From: Catajapyx aquilonaris
Taxonomy: Eukaryota
DNA length: 64,000 nucleotides
Assembly: GCA_000934665.2 (NCBI GenBank)
Contig: KZ538152.1
Location: 1 to 64,000, forward strand
Reading direction: 5' to 3'
A model generated the notes under the pieces. That model was not told the DNA's origin. It searched no databases and saw nothing but the letters and a program-made list of their open reading frames with translations. Both the position numbers and the translations under genes were made by a program. Positions 1-14,100 of the stretch are shown here, one piece after another (position 1 is the stretch's first letter; each line of letters opens with the position of its first letter).

Positions 1-618
1 GGTAGGCCTTTAGGCCCTGAAAACAGTCAAAATAGGCTCTTAAATAGGCACTATAAATCAAGCTGGTTCTAATTTATTTTAATTTCTACACATATTTACA
101 GCCTACTCCTGGCCATGGAATTTTGCAGAACAGTAACGAACTAGCAGTTATTCCATATTTTCGTTGGTTAATCGCAGTTATTCGGCGACAGTTAAGATGC
201 TCCCTCACGGGGAGCCGATATGGCCGATAGAAAATCCGTCGGGCCGAATGCAGCAGCTTATTTAACGGCTATTAATAACAGTTATTTCTACTAGCAATAG
301 CTGTTAACGGCATATTACCCGGGATCTTGCCGATCAACCGCTTCTTCGCTTGTCACAGGTTGAAGTGGGAGGGATTCCTTGAACGGAAAACCTGCAGAAC
401 TCTCGAAAATCTTACCGAATGGCGTGAAAAAGGTCGAAATAGGCACTAATAGGTGCTAATAGGCCATTTAGGTCCCAACACCCGAAATAGGCATTTTTAG
501 GTTCGATAAAACTACGATTTTTGAGGTCCTTGTGTTATGAAACGGATAGATATTTTGGTTCCGGTGTTCTGCCTACAAAAGAAAAAGTAGGTAAAAACCT
601 AGAAATCCGTTCTCTAGT
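1..618. mobile_element. Right end of a non-autonomous DNA element truncated by the window edge (TAG...CTA-type termini)
   Basis: Repeated aataggc motifs; terminus cctagaaatccgttctcta is the inverse of a related end tagagtccggaattttagg at 8254. Confidence 0.45.
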
Positions 619-1399
619 AATCACCAACAAAATCCCGTTGCCATGGGCAAACAAAAAAAACAAAAACTTTGCCTTACATACATAGATTTTGAAAACATGT
701 TATCTATTAATAATTTATAGCAGCAAACCAGTGTGTAGTGTATGGTAATAGATAATATGTTGAACTTGGTATCCCGACAACTGGCTGCAGGTCAACTGGC
801 CGCATATCATTTGGCTGTGGTGAAAATGGCTTCTGCCTTTTAGTTGTCGATTAACTTGGCTGCAGTCAGAGTTGCTAGATCAAATGGCTCGAGACAAGGT
901 TTTTGTGGAGTGAAAACCCAAGTATACATAAATGCAACTTGGCCTTTAGGCTATTAATGAAAAAGTCTGTGCCCGTTGTGGTGGTATGGCTTTGGGGTGA
1001 CCACACCAATACTGTCCGTCTTGTGGCCCTGTCAGGCACTGTACGTCGCCCATGCGTGATAATTTCAGTTATAATGCGGAGCGAAAGCATGGAGCTATAG
1101 GTGCTTATTGTGAGTTTTGAATCCGCGCCATTATTTACTGTCCGTCTTGTGTCACTGCAGGCCAACGAACACTGTTGTGCCTTTGCCCACCGTAAAGCGG
1201 AAGTTGATATATACCATACTCCTGTATATACGTATCATTAAAATCAGCGAAATGACCTCCCACCAGGAGTGCTCCCACCCAATGACCGGCAGCCAAAAGT
1301 CGTAGATTCGTTGAACTTGGTGTCGGTCAACGTACGCAGAAGTGATTGAAAGCGGAGGGATAAGTATTATCAAATATCCATGTGGGGAGCCTTGGGAGC

Positions 1400-1902
1400 C
1401 TCAAAATGTCGGGTTTGCCGCCATTATTTAAGCGTGATTGAAGCAAAGCTCAACGTAGTTCTGGCTTTTCCCGCCAGAGAAAGCACATGCTTTGTTCTGC
1501 CATCTTGTGGCCCTCTTTAGAACAATAATAATAGCAAAAATAACTATTAATGTAGTGAAGGGTAGCCAGGGTAGCTAATATAACGATTTTTGTATGTTGG
1601 CATCCTTGCGTTGTGTTCGTTAACTAAAATGTTTAATCTACTAGTTGCTTTTTTTCTTCTCTATGGATGTTGAATCAATGTTATAGTAATTGGAATAGAT
1701 ATAAATATTTTTATCTATGCAACAAGTGTGAAATTCCAGAGCGTGGGTTGGCAACTCCAGAGTGAATCCGTGTTCCTTGTATTTTTTTTTCTTCCGTTCC
1801 ATTTTTTTCACGTTTCGCCTTTTTTTTTTATGTCATCGAACTTTCAACGGACTTTTCGATTCCTTCTTGTGTGAATCCGAAACTTTGTTGGGCCACCTAC
1901 AG
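1400..1902 (+). promoter_or_regulatory. Probable ASPP promoter / non-coding first exon
   Basis: CpG-retaining stretch with YY1-like GCCGCCATT (1417) and GCCATCTTG (~1499). Donor CAG|gtacgt at 1903 pairs with the acceptor at 2030. Confidence 0.4.
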
Positions 1903-2061
1903 GTACGTCATCAGAAAAGAATGGAGTGGAGATTTGCCGTCTAGGCTGACAGCAGTTGACCTGAATGTAGGTCATTTTCCCCATTGATTGGCCACTTTCG
2001 TCAAATTTGGATTTGATCTGCTTTTGTCAGGCAGTGAGATGACGCTGATGCAGGAGATGGC

Positions 2062-2112
2062 ATGAAGGACCCCACCTTCCTCAGCGATCTTGTGAGTACA
2101 TGGCCGAAGCAG
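2062..2112 (+). CDS. ASPP: ASPP coding exon 1 ([17 protein letters not shown])
   Basis: Acceptor ttttgtcag ends at 2030; in-frame TGA at 2035 lies upstream of ATG 2062; donor AG|gtacta at 2113 is phase 0. Resembles the MKEPT start recalled for insect ASPP. An alternative in-frame donor gtgagt lies at 2092. Confidence 0.7.
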
Positions 2113-5100
2113 GTACTATTTCTCGCAAGGCAGAATGCTTCTCAAATGTAGTGTGTTGACTGAATACATGCCCACTAACATTACGGTACCTGGAAATGGG
2201 CATAAGAAGTAATCTTGGAACACAAATGTGAATGAATGTGTCATAAATGAGCAGATGCTTTGGGTTAAGCCATGCCGAATGCTGAGTTGAAATCGTACTG
2301 TATAGGTTGTGCTCCCGGCATAGATTTAGTGCTGCATTGTATACCTGGATACATTATGTGTCGAATCTGCATTGTCAGGCAAGTTCTATATTCAGTGGGA
2401 GCAAATAACATTAGTCTGGCTAAAATTGTGCACAAGCATTATGTACTAGGCCTAGCTACTTACATTATGAATACCTTGCCAATTACATAAAGATTTGCTT
2501 TCACCATACATGATTACTGACGATTAGCAATTTTTACTAGGAAAATGACTAGTGTGCTGAATAGTCCCAAGCCTGAGATGTGTCAGAAAGGCAATGCCAT
2601 GGCAGAAAATGACAGCATAGTTCAGTTTAAGCATGATTTCGGCATGCAATGGGCTCCCACTAGTTAATCATGTTGTGAATTGCACTGGATTGCTATGACA
2701 GTGTGATAGCTATATATTACAATGCATGGATAGTGGGTTAAGTGAGCTAACTAGTAACGGGAAGGGAAAGCTCGGAGACAGGAAACAGAAAAACGCCTAC
2801 ATGTGAAAGGTTATTGCTATACAACCAGGCTATGCATGCAAATATCAGAGTTTATAGGAAAATGCCAAATAGTGGACCTTGAAAGACCATTAAAATGCCT
2901 GAGATGTGTTCATTGTTCATATTGCCATTAAAGGGTTCGCTTTTTGTTAATCTGACACTGCACAGTGTTAGTGCTTGTGTGCAGAATATATTGCTCTCTC
3001 ATAGTTTGTATGGTACAGTAGAACCCCGATTATCTATCACCCATGGGACTGGGGCATTGTCGGATAACAGAAAAGGTCTGATAATCCAAGGAGCAAAGGA
3101 AAACACAACAAAAAGCAATAAAAATAATGAAATAATGTACAATATTACTCATTTCTAAGACCTAGTGAAGTATTTATCTTTTATGTACACACACTGCTGT
3201 TCAAAATATAACTAAGACAATACAAAACAAATGATTAGTAGGCCTGCATTACAGTATTTGATGAGAAAACATACATTTATTGCTGGAGAGGGACGGTCGG
3301 ATAATCCGAGGACTGAGATAATTCGAGCTCGGATAAACAGGGTTCTACTGTATTTTGTTTCCATCACGTCTATACTTCATGTGGCTTCTCAACATATAAT
3401 ACCTGTTTGAATCTGCAAATAGTAAGGGAAGGGTAGCCAGGTTCAATACCTAGTGTTCCAGCATGCTTCCCATCATTTTTCTGTGGGTTTGAGTGGAGAC
3501 AAGCCATAGCAATGGCTATCTGGCTGTAAGAGGATATGCTTTCGTTAGACTTTTCTTAGCCATTAGTGCTAATGGAAGGAAGATTAGAATGAGAATATTA
3601 TTTTACTGGTCACAGCTGACAATAATACGTCAGGAAGTGCGTACATACTAATATACAGTATGTTATGGCATCTACTTTTTGTTATTCTTGATTTCCATGG
3701 CCTTGTGCATCATGCTTTTCAGAAATGCACCTCTGGGGTGGGAAGAAACAATAACAACAACAAAAATCCAACTTCTTAGTGAGCAGAGTGGAAATTGCAT
3801 GTCAGATGGATGCACAAGGCATAGTTGAGGATAGTGCCTCAGGTCTCCGGTACAACTTGTCAATACACATCCTGATTTTTAGGAGTGTTGTCCTTTTGGG
3901 TAATGTGGAATGCCTCGATAACAATTTTAAAACATATCATTTGTGCTCAATACTCGTATCTACACGACGGTATGAATGCAGTAATGTGAGCATGTCATAT
4001 TTTTAAAACCTGGAATCAAAGTAGTTCTGAACTTTAAACTACAAAAGGATATTACCCTTAAAATAATGGTCTGTTGCATTTGCATATAATGTTGATTGGT
4101 ATGCAGGTATGTATGCCTGCGAGATTAATGGCACATTTATGTATACAATGTAATGTATCTATATTTTATTCAGGTGTCATGGTAATTAAGTGACATGTTT
4201 GACTTTTTTTAGCTGGACAGTGGGCTGGAGTTGGGTGGAGGGGGAGGTTCGCTGCTGGGCGTCGTGGGCGTATCTGGAGGTGAAACGCTGCAGGAACTGC
4301 GAGCGATGGCCTCCCGCCAGCAGCAGCAGCTGGAAGCCCAGCAGCAGCTCCTGGTGGCCCGCCAACAGAGGCTCAGGTTTCTCCAGCAGTCGCAAGAATC
4401 AGCCCGGCAACAGGTAGCTGTTGCTCAGGAGGCTGATCGTCTGAGGCGACTTAGGGACAAGGTTGAAGCACAGGAGGCAAAGTTGGCACGACTACGAGCA
4501 CTGAGAGGACAGGTGAGATGTTCTTTGGTAAAATACCAAGTGTAGTGAAACTTCAGCATTTTCTGTCACTGATACACTTTTATGACGACAGGGAAGATGA
4601 TGGTGTATGTGACAGGGGCTCTGTCTCAAAAATTGAAACTTAAAATTGAATTTTTAAAGCATCCTTTTAAAAGTGTGCCAATGAAATTCTCCCCTCAAAA
4701 TTTGATACTCCAAATGGAAAAGATGAATTTTCTAGGTTGGGTACAAAGGAGTGGGGGAGGGGAATCTAGCCTTGCTTTCTTTAGCATTTCGAGGGTTGTG
4801 AAGCTGAAATGAGAGTGTCTCGCATGAGTAAAGCTGCCAGCATCAGGGTGCCATGCATTAGTATAATAATAATAATAATGGATACCCCATGATAGGCCTT
4901 CTTGGGCCTCTTAGGGGATCGTCTTTTAGGGCCGGTTGCACGAACCGTTCCTAGGAGATGGGGGCGCTCTTAGGAAGGGATTTCATTGCACCAACCCCTC
5001 CCAGGTGGTGGGAGCGCTCCTAGCTGCTAGGAAGACCCGGACCCACTCTTACCGGCTGGGAGCGCTCCCAGCAGTCCAAGGTATTTCCTCCCTAATCCGG

Positions 5101-8100
5101 TGAGCCCTGTGTTTGATTTGAAACAACTCCTAGGCAGATGATCCAAAAAATCATATTATATATATCATTCGAAAGCTTGTTTCAATCCTCGTAGGATACG
5201 TGCAAGTTGCTTTCCTATGATCTTTGTGTAATTTTTTATCCCAAAAAGAAGGTGGAAAGGTGTCTTTTTTTGATACGTTGCCGGGCGTTACGCCAAAAAA
5301 GGTTTTTTATTCGACACTTACCGGAGGCCACAAACGTTTTCCTGTGAACCCTGGATAGTGCAAATCTTTGTCTATCTTACCATATATTTAAAATTTAGAA
5401 ATTACCATTTGGGCAATCACAATTAAGTATATTGCAAGCCTCTGCTATCTCGGCCGTTTTTTATCCGATTTACTTCGCGAATGTTTCGGTGGCAAGCCAA
5501 AATTGTGGGTAATAAAATTAAACAGCGCTACCCAAAATTAAATTTTTCTCAGCCTCCGCAACCACAGCGACGAGGATAAGGTAAAGCGCTAATAAATTAT
5601 TAGAACGATGTAAACATACGATGTCGCCGTGGTTACCGAACTGGCAGTCACCGCGGCGCTGCCGGTGCGTCGCGTTCGTCGTGCAAGTTGTTATTGTTCA
5701 TGGAGGGGGGTATTTTCGATCCCAAAGTTTGGCCAAACCAAGACTGCCACACTCGTGCCCTTTCACACACTTACGGTAATTCGGCGTAAAAACCTCGTGA
5801 TGGTCTTGAATCTCACAGGTACCGACATGGAAAGGAGTGATTTGCGGGTCAAAATAAAAAACTGTATCTGGCCGCCGCGGCCGCAAATATCGCCCCAGGA
5901 GAAAAATAAACGCACCATCTCAAAGTGCAACTCTTTCGCGTCCAGATACTCCAGTTTCATGCCGATACCTCCATATTTGCGACCGTGACAGCGAGAGGAA
6001 GAAGTGTCAAACTCATGGGCCGGCCCACGACGGGCTCCCCACAACAATGGATAGCGTAGCCTAGAGCGCGCTCTTAAGTATTTTTTTCAGCGGCCGCAAA
6101 AAGATAATTTCACTCAAGTTAATCTGGTTTATTTATGCACGATTTTGTAGTGCAAATCTCGCGATTTTTTATGCGAGAGAAAATTTAAAAAACCACACAG
6201 AAACCACGTTACATAGTGGGAAAACGCTATAGTTTTGCCAGCAGAATTTTTTAAAGCCACCCTATCAGCATATGATATGCCCGTCTTATTAGGGTTAAGA
6301 ACTTGGAGGTGTTCTGATTCTGAGTCAGAGAATCTGTTGTATTAATATGAAGAGAAACGGGATATAAATTTAATACTTGCCGAAATTAAACTGGTCAGGT
6401 TCGTTTGAGATAAAGGGCTCTGAAATAGTTTAATGAACTTGGGACTGAAAACATCTTTTAGTACAGAGGATGCTGAATTTTTTTAAACAGGTTGACCAAC
6501 AGCGAAGCCTGAATGGGAACTTGACTTCTGACCTGGAATCAATTCGTGCCCTTTTCAATGAGAAGGAGAAAGAGCTTGCCTTAGCAGTTGCACGAGTTGA
6601 CCAGCTGACCTCTCAACTTGAAGATCTTCGCAGGTCTAGACGAACCAATGCTGGCCACCAGACCCACAATGCTGTTGAATTGGAGCGGCTCAGGCGTGAG
6701 TTGGGTTACAGGCAGCGGCTGGGTGAACAGCAAGACCAGAGGGTTTTGGCCCAAAGGCAAGCCCTAGGCCAGAGGCAAGATGAATTGGCTCGGATTGATC
6801 AACGTATAGCTGAGCTTCAGGCCAGGTTGCATCGTAAGAGGATGCTTAATCAGCAACTAGCACAACAGATTAGTGCTGCTACAGCAGCAAAACAGGCTAT
6901 GCTGGTCCCAGGAGCAGCACAGGGGCGTCCTCGCCCAGTTAATGTGGCTGCAGTGGAGCCATTCACTCGGTCAGATGCAACACAGGACGACATTCATGCT
7001 AAAATTGGAGCTCAGTTTGCACCAAACAAAAATGACCCTAAATATCAAACCCTGCCGTATAATACCAAGTTTGGGAAGGCCCCCAGGTTCGCCTCGGGAT
7101 TTTCTCAAGGGCGGGATGGTGAAGAAAATCAAGGGCCAGCTGCAGAAGAGGAGCGTACAAAGTCAGCAAGCCAGCGACCATTTGGAACGTCCTACACCAA
7201 TGTAGTCTCACCAGGTGGCCACTCACCCCCAGGGAATTCACTAGTGGGCCACTTGCCTGCAAGCCAGCCGATAGATGCAAATGGAAACCCAGTGAAGCCG
7301 AAGCCACCTGCCATGTTTCAGACAACTTCTACTCGTGTGACTCCTCTCCAACCACACACTCTGAGCTCCACACCTCAGGGAATGCTGCAGGAGGCCACTC
7401 CAGGGCCACCCATGGTCTCACCACAGGGCCAAAAGCCACCAAAGCCAGCACTCCCTCCTAAACCAGTGGTTCCCATCAAACCAACACCCCCTCCAAGGCA
7501 GTATCCTCCAGAAAAAGATTCTGACCAATTAGCCCCTCAATTACCAACTGGCAGGCCCCCAGCTCCAGATCCAAGCTTTGCTCCTAGGCAGCTGTTTTCT
7601 GAGGGACGACGAGCAAGACCTCCACCAGTGCAAAGCTATCCAAAGCCCAATGTGGCATCAGTACAGCCAAGTCGTAGGGTTGAAGTCATAGCACAGGGCA
7701 TGACACAAGATGAAGGTGGGGTGGACTCAGGAACAGATCAAGTTGATCGAGCAGCTACAATGATGGAGGGCTGGGGCAGAACCAAGGTGGAGGAGCTGAG
7801 AGATGAGTGGAAAGAAGGGCAGACATCTCAAGGCCAGATGGAGGTTGAAGACCGGGGTACAATTGGTAAGGCATCCTTTGTCGTATATGTATCTAATAAT
7901 TTGTTGTCTGTGATTATGATTGGGCATGATGAAGTTTGCTGGAGCAGAGTATTTGTAATAATTCATTGATATGAGCAACTTTTATTCTGATCTGCAATGC
8001 TGCTTGTGAGGGAAACAGTTATTTGCACTCTAAATGTCTTACCACATTACCCAGAATAGAGCAGCATGCCACTAAAGTGGGGTTGACCAGGGGACCAGTA

Positions 8101-11100
8101 TACCCAAGGGAATCAGCCGGCTGGTATAAAGTGGGTTAATCTTTCGTAATTTTTTCTTCCTGTAGAATTTATTGAGATCTCCAATAAAATAAATACACAT
8201 ACTCTCAGATACGTATTTAGAATATTTTATGCGATACTGAGATAAGTCATAAGTAGAGTCCGGAATTTTAGGCAAATGCCTATTTAGTTCCTTAACAGTC
8301 GGGATGGTTTTGTGAAGAGATCTATCTGTTTCATAAGTGCATCATGTGGAAAATGTAGGTTTTATAGTGCCTGAAATGGCATATTTCGTGGTTTTGGGAA
8401 CCATTTTGCCTATTGTGGCTTTTTGCGACTTTTCATACCTATTTGGCCTTTTTTGGGAAAGTTTTTGAATTTTCTGAAGAAATTTTGGGACTTTTTGGGC
8501 CTATTCCGGACCTATTCCTTCAGAGGAGTGTTTGTTTTTTTGACGGAGTATTTTTTGTGCTCCTGAAAGGACCAAAATCGTTCAGAAGTAATACGAATCA
8601 TGTTGCCGTGATGCGTATGCCAAATATGTTTCTAAATGTTCCTCTGATTGTAACAAGGAAAACATACTCCACGGTGGAGTGATGATAAGAACAGGTTCTA
8701 CAGTATATTTTTTATGCATTTCTTTCTGTTATTAACCTTGCTGGTTAGTTATTAACTGTGGTTCATGCATAATGACAATGAAAATAATATTATTACTAAT
8801 ACTATCACTACTTAGCAGTTTTTACTTAGTTATAGATTTTCATTCCAATATTCCTTGTTAAAAACCTAGAACACAATAGGCCTACAACAAGCACAATTTC
8901 ACATTCAGGCCAGCAATTGTGCAAATAAAAAAATGCAGTAAGGGAACAATGAGGTAGAATAATAAACTATTATCCTTCACTGCAAGAGGAGTGAATTCCA
9001 TCTGCCTACACGATATAGAGGCAGCACCAGCGTTTTTATGAGCTCAATGCAATGTCATATTTGCTTTGTGTGTAGGAGGGAAGATATTGATGTATGAGGA
9101 CATCCTAGTGTTACGTGCAGCTGTATCTATTTTTCTACTAGACACTGCATAGTGTGTTGACACTGCCCAGTTTAGTGTAGGCTTGCTGGTGAAATATGTG
9201 CTTATTTATTTTTTACTGTGAATGAAGTTCTATTTCTTCCATCTCAAGTGCATTAAATAAGCAAAATGTCCCGCAAGCGACTGGCATTACGCCAGTTTGC
9301 TCGCCACTTCTTAAGGCTGAATGTCAGGATTTACCATGTGCAATCAGGTGTGTTCTTTTGATATTATGGTTTGTGCCTTTTTGTTAGGAAGTATTTTTAT
9401 CACAAGGCCACGTTTCTCTGGGTGGAACTCAACATAAGTGCATTGAGTTTTTATGCAACAACTGCATCTAGGTGACACGATTTTGCCTATTAATATAACA
9501 ATATTGACAGAAGACTACATGGCATTAAAGAAATACTTCACTTGTTGGACAAGTTGGGCTCTAAAGATCAAGCAAAAATATTTCATTCTGAGGGCACAGT
9601 TTGTTTAACTGGTAGCTGAAAGGTAATCCAGGTCAAAAGGTCAAGTTGACAGGAAAGCTGACATGTTAATTAAGGGTGCCATCTGGCAGCAAGGGGTGGA
9701 TAAAAGATAGTTCTTGATATAGTGTGCTTCATCTGGCAACCCCTGCTCTAGTGAGAAGCTGTGAGTTAACTGCCTCCACCTGCAACCTTCAAGTAGTATT
9801 CTAAAGCTGTACTTAGCACATTCAGGTCCATTCCCAATAACCTTGGTTCAGAACTTTTCCAAGGCATTGCTGGGTGTCCCTTGCCACTACAGCAGACCCC
9901 AAATTCGACCTATTTCCCTGAGGTTGCCTTTCAATTCTGAAAGAAATATGATTGTACCATATGCAGTATCATAATCTAGATTTTTTGCCTATTTTTCGAG
10001 CCAAACTTGTAAGTAGAGTTTTCCAAAGACAACGTATGACTATTTTTTATTATTTCATCTCTGTAGTTGGAACAAAAATTTCAGAATGGGTTTACTTTTA
10101 TTTCGGCCAAGTAGCATCCTACACACGTATTGGAATGTACTACAGTACTCTGAGCAAGTCTGTGATGGAGAAAGACCAAGACTTATAAGAGTGTTTCCAG
10201 TGGGGGGTAGCAGAATGCTACCACTAATATTGCAGAAGGCAAATTATATCATGCAGAGTGATAGAGTTCTTACTCCTGGATATCTCAGGAAGGAATGCGA
10301 TATTGACCCTTCCTCTTCCTTAGATGTTGATCCGACGCCATCTGGCCAATATCTGAGTGTGGTTCAACGCATGAAGAAGGGGAATCTCAAAAACAAGGAA
10401 GTTGACAACCCTCCTGTCTCATCTCATTCGGGACCAGGGACAACTCTTGGGCAGCCAGGTGGAGTCCTCCGGCGGGTTAGCTTCGACCCTTTGGCCCTCT
10501 TGCTGGATGCTGCCCTTGAAGGTGAACTTGAACTGGTCCGCAAGACATCGGGTGAGGTCTCAAACCCTAGTGCTGCCAATGATGAGGGCATAACTGCCCT
10601 TCACAATGCCATCTGTGCTGGACATCTTGATATCGTCCGCTTCTTGGTGGGCTATGGGTGCGATGTGAATGCACAGGACTCGGATGGGTGGACCCCATTG
10701 CACTGTGCAGCTTCATGCAACAATTTACCAATGGTCCGGTTTCTGGTGGAACATGGTGCTTGCATTTTTGCCACCACTCTTAGTGATCAGGAAACTGCAG
10801 CTGAGAAGTGTGAAGAAGACGAGGAAGGATTTGATGGCTGCTCTGAGTACCTGTACAGTAAGTACATGCCATGTGGTGCTCCTGTTTCTTCTCATAATCC
10901 AAAACCTTCTCTTCCTCTCTCCCAAAAACCAAACCAAACCAACCTTGTCTAGAACCCATGCCTCATCTTGTTTGGAGTGTTCCATGGTGCACTCCTGGAA
11001 CTCTTCCCTGCCAAAATACCAGTCTCTTTGCATAGCCTTTAACTCTTTGTCTCCTGCAGCCATGATGGTTGCATTATAATGCAACCACACAAAATAGTTT

Positions 11101-14100
11101 TTTCAAATTCACTGGTATAACCCCGACAGATTTTTTTTTTCACCATAGCCCCTTAGGTAACTCTTCTAGTTTCTATGTTCATGAGTATTTACACCACTCG
11201 TGTGATATTTTTAGTGGCATGACGTCATTGTCTCTTGCATAGCATATGAGGCAGTAGATGGCTTCTCGCGTGATGCAACAAAAGTTGGTATGTCTTGCAA
11301 GGTTCAGCCCCATCTTGTGCATGAATTGGGAGTGAAACCAATGGTACCAGATCCAGTGGTTTTCATGTAGGCCGCTATTTTTAAGCCCCCACCCACCAGC
11401 GGTAGACAAAGGGTTAACTGGCTTCACTTCCTGGAAATTTTTGTTCATTAGCAGATATCTGGCATCATCAGGGCCATGGGTTCACACATCAACCCCTAAT
11501 TTAAGCTACCCCTTTTATGGTCATGTCATTTGGGCACCATACCTTTGCCCATGGGACTTAATTGTGCATTGTGCAGGAAGGATTGCTGGAGGGAAGATAA
11601 TACTTCCTACTGGAAGCCATAGGCAATGACAGCTCCCAAAGGATTCAATTCATTATGTTCTCTGCACACAGTTTTCAACTCACTGGCTAGTTCTAGAAAG
11701 CTGGCTACTGAAACAGCAAAGGTTGACAGCTTGCTATCTTCCCTAGAAATATTTCGAGGGCTAGCTGAATACTGTAGTTGATTTGATGCACTGACATGAT
11801 AACAACTACATATATTCACAATGGAGTCACTACAGCTATTGTCTTGGTTTGACATGTCATGCAATTTCGTGAGGATTAATGCTGTGATACTTGTGGTGAT
11901 GCAAGTGTGATGAAGTAATATTTGGCATCAATTTTTGTGCAATTGAACAAGCCCTATGCTGATTGAAGAGGTGCTTACATTGAGTTTCTGCAGACTTAAT
12001 AAAGCCTTGTATATTCTACTGGCGCTTCTAAGTGGAAAAAAGTACATTTACCCCTGCCATGTCTCTGGCCTTTACAGATAAGTGATATATGTATTAGACA
12101 CTTACCTGTTATTCTGGGAACAATACTGCATAATGTGCTGCATTGTACTCATTCCCATCCAGTAGGCCCTACTCATTTTCCTGTCCATAGTGAATTACAT
12201 GAATGATAAGTTGTTTCTCATTATTTCATGCTTAATTGATGTATAGAGTAGGGGTTCTTAACTTTTTTTATGCCTCGTGTTTGATTCATGCTTGCACCCC
12301 TACAACAATAACATCAGATGAAGAAGTCTCATGTTTAATTTTTGAACCACAAATTGAACCACATACACGCAAAGAGAACTTTGTGATGCAAAACCAGTGG
12401 AAGTTCATGTTCTAATGTTTTTTGGCCCTCAGGAAGTTATTCTGTGCTTTTGGCCAGAATCTTGGTTCATAGAAGTTTCTTGGGATGGGGAATAGACTAC
12501 AACATTTCATAATGCCAGATATTGTGAATTATGCAGGGGTTACAGGGTTGCCATCCTGTCAGAGGTCGGTTACCTTTATTGTTTACTACCTGACTGAATG
12601 ATAGCATGTGACTCGTCACTTAACCCATTGATGGCTAAGTTTTTGGCAGGTTTTTGGGCCGTTTCTCTTTCTTTTTTTTGTCAAAATTTCGACGTAGGAG
12701 TGATATTAATGAGTAACAACTTCACGGCAAAATTAATCATTTTAATTCGTGGCGGTCCTTTTGAATTTAAAATGCGGAGAAAATTCATCTACAGGGTGAC
12801 CCATAAATCAATTTTTTTAGAATCGTCTGGCTCTCAGAACGTCGATAGGCCCAACAAGTTTACATAATCACTATACACTGTTATTATGCTTGCATAATAT
12901 TACCACAACACTGTACTATGAGAAACTCCCAAGGGTCCAGACTTTACAGGGGACCCTGTACTCAGGGCATTTACATGAAAGATGACATGGCAACCGCATG
13001 ACCTTGGCATGTTTGACTCGGGTTGGCTCCTGCCCAGTGAATTGTTGGGCTGTTATAGTAGTTTAGTCACCATCCAAGAGATGGCAGGATTATATTGAAC
13101 TGAATTTTTATCACCAAAGTTTGAATTCACTCTGCACATTGTAGCGCTGGAAATTCAGCAATTTTAAGTTTGGAGATTTCAATTTACTCACTCAGCTCTA
13201 CTCATTCCATTGTGTATTCAGCAAAGTGCTCAGCCTAACCACGTGATTGAATCAACAAACAGTTTGCAGCCTATTAAAAAATGACATGGCAAAAAAACGA
13301 TACCCTTTTTGTTTCCCTGCCTCCCTTGCGATATGGGTGACATCTATATGCCATATCAAATTGTAATCACCGGTGCTTCAAAACTCAGCAAAGGTCATCT
13401 CTGTATGTGTTACCGTTTTTGAATTAAAAAATACGCGCCATGACTTAGAAACAACTCGTGTGATTGTATAATCATGTCCCCTTTGTAGTATTTAGATGTT
13501 AATGAATATTCCATGGTAAATAGGCCCAACCCACTGACCCTTTTTCTTATTGCTACATGTCAGTTCATTGATAGAAAACCAGAGCTGAATTAGGAATTCA
13601 TGATTCAAATTTATTATAGGCCTATGTCATAATTAAAGTTATCCACAAAGCCTGAACAATGCTTGAATTGATCTTATCTAATTTTATTCCTGAAGTGCAT
13701 GAATCAAAGTCTATTAATACACTGTACTCCCAATTATTATTGGGGCTAATGACTGCACTTGGAAAACACGGATAATCCATAAAATTGTTCTAGATACCAT
13801 AAAAGTGAGCTGTTCAGATGTTTTAAAAGAACTGCGGTCCATACTGTATGCTACTTTGAATAAGGTTGAATCGAAATAATGAAACTTCCCACACATTTTT
13901 AGTTCGTCTTCTGGAAAAAGTATGCTATACAGGGTGTTTCTTACTAGTATGGCCAACAGCCGTCAGTGTACTGCTTGGCCCAAACCAAGTCTAAAATGTA
14001 GGGGGCAAAAATGTCAAGAGACCAACCTGTAACGAGGTAGACGACCTGAAACATTTACCTACCCCTCGACACAGGTGGGAACATACACGATGCCTTTTTG

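Noticed and set aside
8447..8456. CArG match CCTTTTTTGG in an ASPP intron
   Set aside because: Isolated, lies in repeat-derived T-rich DNA, and is expected by chance
10086..10323. N-terminal extension of the 288-aa ORF before the ankyrin exon
   Set aside because: No ASPP-like residues; a strong phase-compatible acceptor ends at 10323, so this is probably intron read-through
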